This document shows, piece by piece, positions 1 through 7,682 of a DNA stretch of 32,860 nt. The stretch's first letter is position 1. Every line of letters begins with the position of its first letter. The notes beneath the pieces were generated by a model that was not told the origin of the DNA, ran no database searches, and was given only the letters and a program-made list of their open reading frames with translations. The stretch comes from Clostridia bacterium (GTDB taxonomy: Bacteria; Bacillota; Clostridia; Oscillospirales; Acutalibacteraceae). The stretch is taken from assembly GCA_900759575.1 (NCBI GenBank), contig CAAEVU010000073.1, positions 1 through 32,860 on the forward strand, read 5' to 3'. A program made the position numbers and the translations under genes.

Positions 1-1
1 C

Positions 2-700
2 CACGGAATATTGGCCGGTGCGCAGCATGTTTTTTGCGGCGTTCACCCGGACCAGCAGCAGATATTGCTTGGGGGAGATCCCTTCCCGCTTTTCAAAAAT
101 TTTATACAGATAGGTCCGGTCAATTCCCACATACTTGGCCAAGTCCCCTATTTTGATGGGGTAACTGTAGTTGTTTTGGATGTAATCCCGTGCTTTGCGG
201 AAATATTCCTCTTCGTAGGTTTCCCCGTTTTCCCAGCGTTCCAGCTGAGCCATGGCGCCGTAGAAACAGCCCAAAATGCGATACTCGCTGTTGCATCCGT
301 TCTGAAATTCGGAAATGATCCCGGAAAGGCATTGCTGAAAAAGTTCCGGTTGGGGGAGTGTGGCCACATAGCTGTCCTCGAATCCGGTACGACGGACCAC
401 TTCTTTGCTGTCCACGCCGTCAAACGCCGTCCACATGTACTCCCAGGGAGATGTTTCGTCCGCCTTGTAATAGGTCAGCTCAGAGGGTTTGATGAGAAAC
501 GCCTGGCCGGCGGTAACCGGGTATATTTTGCCCCCTACGGAGTATTCCCCCTGTCCGGAGATCACATAATGCAGCAGGTATTGGGTCCGGATCGCTGGGC
601 CGAAACTGTGGCCGCTGGCGCATTTCTCATAGCCGCAGTAATACACCGCAATGGATTTGGACATGGATTTTTGAGTGGTCTTGATTTCCGTCCGTGGCAT
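2..700 (-). CDS. AraC/XylS-family transcriptional regulator (MelR/MsmR-like), 3' end outside the window
   Basis: Not in the ORF track because it has no stop in the window. Hand translation from ATG 700 (RBS AGGAGG) gives MPRTEIK...YYCGYEKCASGHSFGPAIRTQYLLHYVISGQGEY...PWEYMWTAFDG (cupin sensor), then ARDYIQNNYSYPIKIGDLAKYVGIDRTYLYKIFEKREGISPKQYL (AraC HTH). Divergent from melA. Confidence 0.92.
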   Translation of the reverse strand, partial: MPRTEIKTTQKSMSKSIAVYYCGYEKCASGHSFGPAIRTQYLLHYVISGQGEYSVGGKIYPVTAGQAFLIKPSELTYYKADETSPWEYMWTAFDGVDSKEVVRRTGFEDSYVATLPQPELFQQCLSGIISEFQNGCNSEYRILGCFYGAMAQLERWENGETYEEEYFRKARDYIQNNYSYPIKIGDLAKYVGIDRTYLYKIFEKREGISPKQYLLLVRVNAAKNMLRTGQYSV

Positions 701-795
701 GGAAATCCCTCCTAACTGTGAAGAGTGCCAAGTTGCTTGGCATCATTTTATCATATATTTTTCTTGGGTTCTACTGGGGTAGGGGCATATCTTGC

Positions 796-857
796 AACAA
801 ATCGACAATTTTAGGAAACAAACGGACATTGAAAATCGGGGCTTGGAAAGGTAGAAT
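796..857 (+). promoter_or_regulatory. melA sigmaA promoter with tandem AraC-type direct repeats
   Basis: TTGAAA(829-834)-N17-TAGAAT(852-857). Direct repeats AACAAATCGACA (796-807) and AACAAACGGACA (817-828) are 21 bp apart and abut the -35. Confidence 0.65.
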
Positions 858-936
858 GTGTCTGTAACAAAGGAAGAGGAAACCTTCACCCAGGTTTTTC
901 ACTTTACCGGGAAAATCCGAAAGGAGTTGTCAACTT

Positions 937-2259
937 ATGCCAAAGATCACGTTCATGGGTGCGGGCAGCACCGTGTTTGCCAGAAATGTGCTGGGGGATT
1001 GCATGTGCACTCCGGCTTTGCAGGAAAGCGAGATCGCCCTTTATGACATCGACGCCGAACGGCTGGAGGAAAGCTACATCATACTCAGCGCTATCAATCG
1101 GAATATCAACCAGGGCCGAGCCAAGATCAACAAATATTGCGGAGTGGAGAATCGGAAAGAGGCTCTCCGGGGCGCCAATTTCGTGGTGAACGCCATCCAG
1201 GTGGGCTTCTATGAGCCCTGCACGGTCATCGATTTTGAGATCCCCAAAAAATACGGCCTGCGCCAAACCATCGCCGACACTCTAGGCATTGGCGGCATCA
1301 TGCGTGGCCTGCGGACCATCCCTGTGCTGGCGGACTTCGCCCGGGACATGGAAGAGGTTTGCCCCAACGCCTGGTTTTTAAACTACACCAACCCCATGGC
1401 CATCCTGTCCGGCTATATGCAGCGGTACACCAACATCAAGACCGTGGGCCTGTGCCACAGCGTGCAGGTCTGTTCGGAAAATCTGTTAAAGTCCCTGAAC
1501 ATGGAGGACAAGCTGGAAGGCCGTCAGGAATTGATCGCCGGCATCAACCATATGGGCTGGCTGTTGGAATTGAAAGACAAGGACGGCAACGACCTGTATC
1601 CGGAGATCCGGAAACGGGCGGCGGAAAAGAACGCTTCCGAAAAGCACAACGACATGGTCCGCTTTGACTACATTCAGAATTTCGGCTACTACTGCACAGA
1701 ATCCAGCGAGCACAACGCGGAATACAATCCCTTCTACATCAAGTCCAAGTACCCTGAGCTCATTGAGAAGTTCAACATCCCCCTGGACGAGTATCCCCGC
1801 CGCTGTGTGAACCAGATCAAGGGTTGGAAAGAAGAGAAGGAGAACATCCTCAATAACGGTCAGGTGACCCATGAGCGTTCCAAGGAGTACGCCTCCTATA
1901 TCATGGAAGCCATCGTCACCGGAAATCCCTACAAGATCGGCGGCAACGTACTGAATACCGGGCTTATAGACAATCTTCCCGCCGACGCTTGCGTGGAGGT
2001 GCCCTGCCTGGTGGATAAACACGGTGTGAATCCCTGCCATGTGGGGAAACTGCCGGTACAGTTGGCGGCCATGAACATGACCAATATTAACGCCCAGCTG
2101 CTGACCATCCAAGCGGCGGTCACCAAGAAGCGGGAGGACATCTACATGGCGGCTATGTTGGACCCCCACACCGCCGCAGAACTCTCCATCGATGACATCA
2201 AAGCCATGGTGGACGAGCTGATCGAAGCCCACGGCGACTACATGAAAGACTATCGGTAA
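937..2259 (+). CDS. melA: NAD+/Mn2+-dependent alpha-galactosidase, glycoside hydrolase family 4
   Basis: KITFMGAGSTVF Rossmann motif, DFEIPKKYGLRQTIADTLGIGG, LNYTNPM, VGLCHSV, AGINHM, TESSEHNAEY. RBS AAAGGAG upstream. Confidence 0.93.
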   Translation: MPKITFMGAGSTVFARNVLGDCMCTPALQESEIALYDIDAERLEESYIILSAINRNINQGRAKINKYCGVENRKEALRGANFVVNAIQVGFYEPCTVIDFEIPKKYGLRQTIADTLGIGGIMRGLRTIPVLADFARDMEEVCPNAWFLNYTNPMAILSGYMQRYTNIKTVGLCHSVQVCSENLLKSLNMEDKLEGRQELIAGINHMGWLLELKDKDGNDLYPEIRKRAAEKNASEKHNDMVRFDYIQNFGYYCTESSEHNAEYNPFYIKSKYPELIEKFNIPLDEYPRRCVNQIKGWKEEKENILNNGQVTHERSKEYASYIMEAIVTGNPYKIGGNVLNTGLIDNLPADACVEVPCLVDKHGVNPCHVGKLPVQLAAMNMTNINAQLLTIQAAVTKKREDIYMAAMLDPHTAAELSIDDIKAMVDELIEAHGDYMKDYR

Positions 2260-2280
2260 CTGTATCTTTCCAGAAAAAAC

Positions 2281-2360
2281 ATAAAAAACGCCCCTCAAGA
2301 GACTCGCGGTGAACCGGCAGTGTGCCGGATTCATCCACGGCCCTTGAGGGGCGTTTTCCT
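2281..2360. terminator. Long bidirectional stem-loop between convergent melA and the opp operon
   Basis: Perfect 15-bp inverted repeat AAAACGCCCCTCAAG (2285-2299)/CTTGAGGGGCGTTTT (2343-2357) around an inner hairpin GTGAACCGGCA-GTG-TGCCGGATTCAT. T-runs follow on both strands. Confidence 0.75.
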
Positions 2361-2462
2361 GTTCCAACCTTTCAGCGCTTTTCAGGACTGGGGATCACCG
2401 GGACCTGGGGGAGACTTTCGCAGCAGGCTCCCAAGCATCCGAAAAGGATTGGAAAAAAGTAT

Positions 2463-2669
2463 TTATAGAAATCGGAAAAAGAAGAAATACAGTACTAGGC
2501 CGAATATCAGCAGTATGAGCAGCAGTGCGGGCACAAACACAATCAGCCCTGCAAGGATCATGGCAGTGCGGTCGTGTTTTTCCAGGGGAGTTTTTTCCAA
2601 GTCTTTCTGGAAGCGTTCCTCCGCCTTTTTCACATCTACTATACGGTTGATCTTTTTTCGAAAGAACAT
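2463..2669 (-). CDS. Small membrane protein (68 aa), last gene of the opp operon
   Basis: Starts 4 nt after the oppF stop with a GGAGAAAGG RBS. Basic N-terminus, LEKHDRTAMILAG motif, then a long hydrophobic C-terminal segment. Confidence 0.75.
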   Translation of the reverse strand: MFFRKKINRIVDVKKAEERFQKDLEKTPLEKHDRTAMILAGLIVFVPALLLILLIFGLVLYFFFFRFL

Positions 2670-2673
2670 GATA

Positions 2674-3750
2674 TCAGCCTTTCTCCCCGGTTAAAGGGAA
2701 ATGGCAGGCAACAAAGTGATGGTTGCCCATATCCCGCCATTCGGGAACCTCCTGGCGGCATTTTTCCTGGCAATAACGGCACCGGGTGTGGAATTTGCAT
2801 CCCTTGGGAGGATTTACCGGGCTGGGGATGTCCCCTTCCAGCAAGATCCGCTCCCGGCCGCCGTTGTCCTCTTCCGTGGTGGGAATAGCGGAGAGCAGGG
2901 CTTCCGTGTAGGGATGGAGGGTGCGGGCAAACAGCTCTTCCGAGTCTGCCAGCTCCACAATGTTGCCCAGGTACATCACGGCGATTCGATCGCTGATGTA
3001 CTTCACCACGCTCAGGTCGTGGGTGATGAACAGATACGTCAATCCAGCTTTGTCACGCAATTCGGACAGCAGGTTCAGGATCTGGGACTGAATGGACACG
3101 TCCAGGGCGGAAACGGCCTCATCGCACACCACGAACTTGGGAGACAGTGCCAGGCTTCGGGCAATGCCGATACGCTGGCGCTGGCCGCCGGAGAACTGGT
3201 GGGGATAGCGGTTGAACATGTAGGGGGCCAGACCGCAATCCTCCATCACCTGGAAGATATAGTCCTTCATGGCGGGGTCGCCCCGCTTGAAAATACCGTG
3301 GGAGGTCAAGCCCTCTCCAATGATCTGCCCCACGGTCATGCGGGGATTCAGGGAGGAGTAGGGGTCCTGGAAGATCAGCTGCAGGTCCTTGCGCAGCACC
3401 CGCATTTCCTCGTAGGAGAGCTTCTTCAGGTCGATTGCCTTGCCGTCCTTGTAGTAGAGAATGTCGCCGTGGCTCTGGGGATAGAGCTGTAAAATGGTCC
3501 GTCCCAGTGTGGACTTACCGCAGCCGGACTCGCCCACCAGGCCCAGGGTCTCACCCTGGAAGATGTCCAGGGTAATGCCGTCGTTGGCCCGGACATAGCG
3601 CTGTTTTTCCCGAAGCTTTGTCTTTTTCACCGGGAAGTACTGCTTCACGTCCTGCAGGCGCAAAAGCACTTTGCGGCCGTTCACTTCCGGCTGAGTGGAG
3701 GTAAGCTCCTGGTTTGTTGTAGCCTCCTGGCCTTTTTTCTCATTTTGCAT
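2674..3750 (-). CDS. oppF: Oligopeptide/dipeptide ABC transporter ATP-binding subunit
   Basis: GESGCGKS Walker [23 protein letters not shown] signature, [13 protein letters not shown] motif, C-terminal Cys cluster ([14 protein letters not shown]). Confidence 0.93.
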   Translation of the reverse strand: MQNEKKGQEATTNQELTSTQPEVNGRKVLLRLQDVKQYFPVKKTKLREKQRYVRANDGITLDIFQGETLGLVGESGCGKSTLGRTILQLYPQSHGDILYYKDGKAIDLKKLSYEEMRVLRKDLQLIFQDPYSSLNPRMTVGQIIGEGLTSHGIFKRGDPAMKDYIFQVMEDCGLAPYMFNRYPHQFSGGQRQRIGIARSLALSPKFVVCDEAVSALDVSIQSQILNLLSELRDKAGLTYLFITHDLSVVKYISDRIAVMYLGNIVELADSEELFARTLHPYTEALLSAIPTTEEDNGGRERILLEGDIPSPVNPPKGCKFHTRCRYCQEKCRQEVPEWRDMGNHHFVACHFPLTGEKG

Positions 3751-4744
3751 GTTCTTTTCTCACCGCCTTTTCCGCATAAAAGCAACGTACCAAATGACCG
3801 GGCTCCACTTCGCTGAGCGGGGGTTCGGATTCGGTGCACTTCTTGGTGCAGTATTTGCACCGGGGACCAAATTTGCATCCCTCCGGCAAATACAGGGGGT
3901 TGGGAACCGAGCCGGGGATCGCGTCCAGCTTTTGCCCCTTGGGGGTGTTCAGCTGGGGAATGGAGGTCATCAGCCCTTCGGTATAGGGATGGGAATAAAC
4001 AGAATCGTGGAAGATCTCCCGGGCGGACGCTTTTTCCACGATCTGTCCGCAGTACATAACAGCCACTTCGTCGGCCATTTCGTGAATGACGCCCAGGTCA
4101 TGGGTGATGAACAGGATAGAAGTACCGGTTTCCCGCTTCAGGTCGTTCATCAGCTTCAAGATCTGTGCCTGAATGGTCACGTCCAAAGCCGTGGTAGGCT
4201 CGTCCGCGATCAGCAGTTTGGGCTTGCAGGCCAACGCCATGGCGATCATAACACGCTGGCGCATACCGCCGGAAAGCTGGAACGGATACTGTTTTGCCAC
4301 CCGTTCCGGATTGGGGATCTTCACGTCGGAAAGCAGTTCAATGGCCTTTTTACGGGCTTCCGCTTTGTTCAGATGCTGATGGATCTTCAAGGTTTCGCCG
4401 ATCTGCCGTTCCACTGTGAACACCGGGTTCAGAGAGGTCATAGGCTCCTGGAAAATCACGGAGATCTCGTTTCCGCGGATGTGGTACATTTCCTTGTCGG
4501 TGCAGTTCAAAATGTCCTGCCCGTCGAAGGTGATGCTGCCGCTTTCGATATAGCCGTTGCCGTCCAGCAGCTTGATGATGCTCATGGCGGAAACACTTTT
4601 GCCGGAACCGGATTCACCCACAATACCCAGGGTTTTGCCGGCGTCCAGGGAATAGGTCACGTCGTTGACAGCTTTTACGATGCCCTTCTTGGTTGTAAAG
4701 AACGTATGAAGGTTTTTCACTTCCAGCAAACTCACAGTGCTCAC
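3740..4744 (-). CDS. oppD: Oligopeptide/dipeptide ABC transporter ATP-binding subunit
   Basis: [50 protein letters not shown], Cys cluster. Overlaps both the oppC stop and the oppF start. Confidence 0.93.
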   Translation of the reverse strand: MSTVSLLEVKNLHTFFTTKKGIVKAVNDVTYSLDAGKTLGIVGESGSGKSVSAMSIIKLLDGNGYIESGSITFDGQDILNCTDKEMYHIRGNEISVIFQEPMTSLNPVFTVERQIGETLKIHQHLNKAEARKKAIELLSDVKIPNPERVAKQYPFQLSGGMRQRVMIAMALACKPKLLIADEPTTALDVTIQAQILKLMNDLKRETGTSILFITHDLGVIHEMADEVAVMYCGQIVEKASAREIFHDSVYSHPYTEGLMTSIPQLNTPKGQKLDAIPGSVPNPLYLPEGCKFGPRCKYCTKKCTESEPPLSEVEPGHLVRCFYAEKAVRKEHAK

Positions 4745-6555
4745 CTCTCTTTCGATTTGGGGTCGATGGCGTCACGCAGGCCGTCGCCCACACAGTTGAT
4801 GCTGATGGTGCAAATGCCCAGTGCAGCGGAGGGGAATACCCAGCGCCACCAGTAATTCTCGATGACCTGTCCGTTCTGAGCGCCGGTGAGCATGTTACCC
4901 CAAGTGGCGTTGGGTTCGCTGACGCCGAACCCGATGAAGGACAGGGAAGATTCCGTCAGCATACAGGTGGCGAAATCCAAAGTGGCATTCACAATGATGA
5001 CAGTGATGATGTTGGGCAGGATGTGCCGGAAAATAATGCCGAATTCTTTCACGCCCAAAGCCTTAGCAGCGGTGACGAATTCCTGTTCCCGTTCGGCCAG
5101 CACACTGCCGCGGACCAGACGGGCGATACCGGGCCAGGAAAGCAGGCCCAGAATGAACATGATCAAAATGATTCTCTGGGTTTCCGAAATACTGTTGCCC
5201 AAAATACTGGACAAGATGATACAGAAGGGCAGGAAGGGGATCGAAGAGATGATTTCCGTCAAACGCATAAGCAAGTTGTCGATCTTTCCGCCCTTGTAGC
5301 CGGAAACGCCGCCCACGATAATGCCGATGATGGTGGAGATGATCACGGCGATGGCGCCCACGGTCATGGTCATACGTCCGCCCACGATCATGCGGCGGAA
5401 CAGGTCACGGCCCAGGTTGTCGGTGCCCATCAGATAGCCGTCCAGGCCCCAGCCTTTGACTGTGCCGTCTTCCATCACAGCATAGGTGCTGTAGTAGCCT
5501 GCGGAAGCGGAAACAACAGGGCTGTTCAGCTTGGGAGCGTTGTCCTGACCGAAGTTGTTGTCGCCCCAGGAGGCCACAGAACCGTCGTCCAGCACCACAG
5601 AGTAGTGATACCGGCCGCCCACAATGGAGGTCACATGGCCCTGAATCTCTTCCGGAACGTTCATGGAGCCTTTCACATTGTTGCCCCACAGGTGGACTTG
5701 GCCATCGCTGGTCAAAGCGGCGGCGCTTTCGTCGGTCAAGGCGATGTCCACCACGTTGCCCTGGATGTCGTCCGGAATGTTGGTGAAGGCAGAAGCTTTG
5801 TTGGACAAGGCCACCACTTCGCCGTCGTTTGTCAACGCCATGACCACGTTGGTGTTGTCGTCGAACTTCTGGATATTTCCCTGCACTTCGCTGGGAATGG
5901 TGATATTCAACAGGTACGCGCTGCCCCAGTTGTACAGCCGTCCGCTTTCGGTGAGGGCCAGAGAGATCTGATACCCAGCGGAGATCTGTTTGATGGGCTG
6001 GGGAGCCGCTTGCAGTTCAACGGGAATGGTGGCAAGACCCATGCGGTCGTTGCCCCAAGTGAAGATCTGGCCCTTGTCGTTGACAGCCAGCACATGGTCA
6101 AGACCTGCGGAGATCTGGGTCAGTTTGCCCATTTCCGAGGAGGAAGGAATGTTTTTCAGTTTTTCCGTGGGGAATGTGCCCCACTCGTACACATTGCCGT
6201 CTTTGTCAATGCCCACAGAGAAAGTGCTTCCCGAGGAAACCATCTGGGCGTTGCCTTGCAGTTGGCTGGGCACGTTCAGCATGCCGAAGCCGGGAGCCAC
6301 GTTGGACTGGGTCACGTCCTGATAATACAGGTCGATGGGGAAGAAGAAGGGCAGTACGATACAGCAAAGGAAAATCACCAAGAACAGGATCAAGCCGATC
6401 ATGGCGATCTTGTCGTGGAGGAAGCTCTGCACAACCATGCGCACAGGGCTCTGCATCAATTCGTCCTCTTCCTGGGGAAGGCCGCCCATTACCATACGCT
6501 GAGCAGCCGCGGCAGCGGTGGATTTCCGCTTGCCGAAAATGGTCTTTTTCGCCAT
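4741..6555 (-). CDS. oppC: OppC/DppC-type ABC permease with an inserted 7-repeat RCC1/BLIP-II-like beta-propeller (604 aa)
   Basis: Start reassigned to ATG 6555 (RBS AAAGGAGG). N-terminal TM helix, then about 277 aa of repeats ending xGxVxxWG, then MGTDNLGRD and the EAA loop EFVTAAKALG...IIFRHILPN. Confidence 0.9.
   Translation of the reverse strand: MAKKTIFGKRKSTAAAAAQRMVMGGLPQEEDELMQSPVRMVVQSFLHDKIAMIGLILFLVIFLCCIVLPFFFPIDLYYQDVTQSNVAPGFGMLNVPSQLQGNAQMVSSGSTFSVGIDKDGNVYEWGTFPTEKLKNIPSSSEMGKLTQISAGLDHVLAVNDKGQIFTWGNDRMGLATIPVELQAAPQPIKQISAGYQISLALTESGRLYNWGSAYLLNITIPSEVQGNIQKFDDNTNVVMALTNDGEVVALSNKASAFTNIPDDIQGNVVDIALTDESAAALTSDGQVHLWGNNVKGSMNVPEEIQGHVTSIVGGRYHYSVVLDDGSVASWGDNNFGQDNAPKLNSPVVSASAGYYSTYAVMEDGTVKGWGLDGYLMGTDNLGRDLFRRMIVGGRMTMTVGAIAVIISTIIGIIVGGVSGYKGGKIDNLLMRLTEIISSIPFLPFCIILSSILGNSISETQRIILIMFILGLLSWPGIARLVRGSVLAEREQEFVTAAKALGVKEFGIIFRHILPNIITVIIVNATLDFATCMLTESSLSFIGFGVSEPNATWGNMLTGAQNGQVIENYWWRWVFPSAALGICTISINCVGDGLRDAIDPKSKER
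5446..6276 (-). repeat. Seven RCC1/BLIP-II-like protein repeats (about 40 aa each) inside oppC
   Basis: Repeat cores: VSSGSTFSVGIDKDGNVYEWG; ISAGLDHVLAVNDKGQIFTWG; ISAGYQISLALTESGRLYNWG; FDDNTNVVMALTNDGEVVALS (degenerate); IALTDESAAALTSDGQVHLWG; IVGGRYHYSVVLDDGSVASWG; ASAGYYSTYAVMEDGTVKGWG. Several are preceded by (N/T)(V/I)PxxxQG. Confidence 0.88.
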
Positions 6556-6571
6556 TGTGGTTCCTCCTTTC

Positions 6572-7564
6572 TCAGTTTTCCAGGCGGACGCGAGGGTCCA
6601 CCAGAGTGTAGGCCACATCCATGATGACGTTGCCTGCCAGGGACAGTACCACATAGAACATCTGCATGGTCAGCACCACAGAGAAGTCACGCTGCATCAA
6701 GCCGTTGATCAAGGTCTGGCCAAGGCCGGGCCACAGGAACACGTTCTCGATGACGATGGAGCCGCCGAACAGGGAAACGACCCAGGCGGTGGCGATGGTG
6801 ACTACCGGGATCAAAGCGTTGCGGAAAGCGTGAACGTAGATCACGGTCTTTTCCCGCAAGCCCTTGGCCCGTGCGGTTTTGATGTAGTCCATGCGCAGCA
6901 CGTCGATCATGGCGGCGCGCACATACCGGGTGATGCTGCCAATGCCCGAGATGGACATGACGATCATGGGCAACGCCATGTGCCACATGGTATCCAGGAA
7001 AGTCTGGAAGGCGTTGCCTTCAAAACCGGCTGTGCGCACGCCGCTGATGGGGAAGATCGGAATCTTCACAGCGAAGGCGAAAATAGCCAGCAAGGCGATG
7101 ATAAAGCTGGGCAGACTGTAACCGATGATGGTGACCACCTGGATGGTCTTGTCAAATATGCCGTTTTTCCGCACGGCAGTGACAATGCCCAGGGGCACCG
7201 CAATGATAAAGGTCAGCAGCATGGAGAACAGGTTGAGCATCACCGTGTTCAGCATGGGGGTGCCGATCATTTTGACAACTTGGGTTTTATACTGGGTGGA
7301 ATACCCAAAATTACCCGTGAGCATGTTGCCGATCCAACGGAAATACTGTTCGATCAGAGTGCCGTTCAGGCCAAGGCTTTCCTTGGTTTTCTCGTACAAC
7401 TGCTCATATTGGTCGGGACGCATGTTGGCTTTGGCATCGCCCAGCATCATGGTGACCGGATCACCGGGCAACATTTTGTAGATGAAAAACATCAAGATGG
7501 AAATGATGAAGAAAACGAAGATGATATAAATCAATCTTTTCAGCAGGTATCTGCCTTTTCCCAC
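6572..7564 (-). CDS. oppB: OppB/DppB-type ABC permease
   Basis: YLLKRLI...LPGDP...QYFRWIGNMLTGNFGYS, and EAA motif MDYIKTARAKGLREK...HAFRNALIP. Probable GTG start at 7564 after an AAGGGGGG RBS. Confidence 0.92.
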   Translation of the reverse strand: MGKGRYLLKRLIYIIFVFFIISILMFFIYKMLPGDPVTMMLGDAKANMRPDQYEQLYEKTKESLGLNGTLIEQYFRWIGNMLTGNFGYSTQYKTQVVKMIGTPMLNTVMLNLFSMLLTFIIAVPLGIVTAVRKNGIFDKTIQVVTIIGYSLPSFIIALLAIFAFAVKIPIFPISGVRTAGFEGNAFQTFLDTMWHMALPMIVMSISGIGSITRYVRAAMIDVLRMDYIKTARAKGLREKTVIYVHAFRNALIPVVTIATAWVVSLFGGSIVIENVFLWPGLGQTLINGLMQRDFSVVLTMQMFYVVLSLAGNVIMDVAYTLVDPRVRLEN

Positions 7565-7596
7565 ACATTTTCCCCCCTTATTCAAATTTTAACTGG

Positions 7597-7641
7597 TTTT
7601 AAAAGAGCCGGCGGTCCCCAGCAAAGGGGGCCGCCGGACTC
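7597..7641 (-). terminator. Intra-operon stem-loop after oppA (partial terminator or mRNA stabiliser)
   Basis: Minus strand reads GAGTCCGGCGGCCCCC-TTTGCT-GGGGACCGCCGGCTC-TTTT. Such structures are common after SBP genes in ABC operons. Confidence 0.7.
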
Positions 7642-7682
7642 AGTCAAAGGCTCATTCTACTTTTGTAAATGCTTTCGCAGCC

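Noticed and set aside
11..715. 234-aa plus-strand ORF from the track
   Set aside because: It is the antisense shadow of the AraC regulator, which has an RBS and clear family motifs on the minus strand.
2390..2450. Possible SRP or 6S RNA in the melA-opp intergenic region
   Set aside because: I could not identify the conserved SRP helix-8 motif or a 6S-like central bubble by eye.
6556..6654. N-terminal extension of oppC in the ORF track
   Set aside because: It overlaps the 3' end of oppB, and a strong RBS supports ATG 6555.
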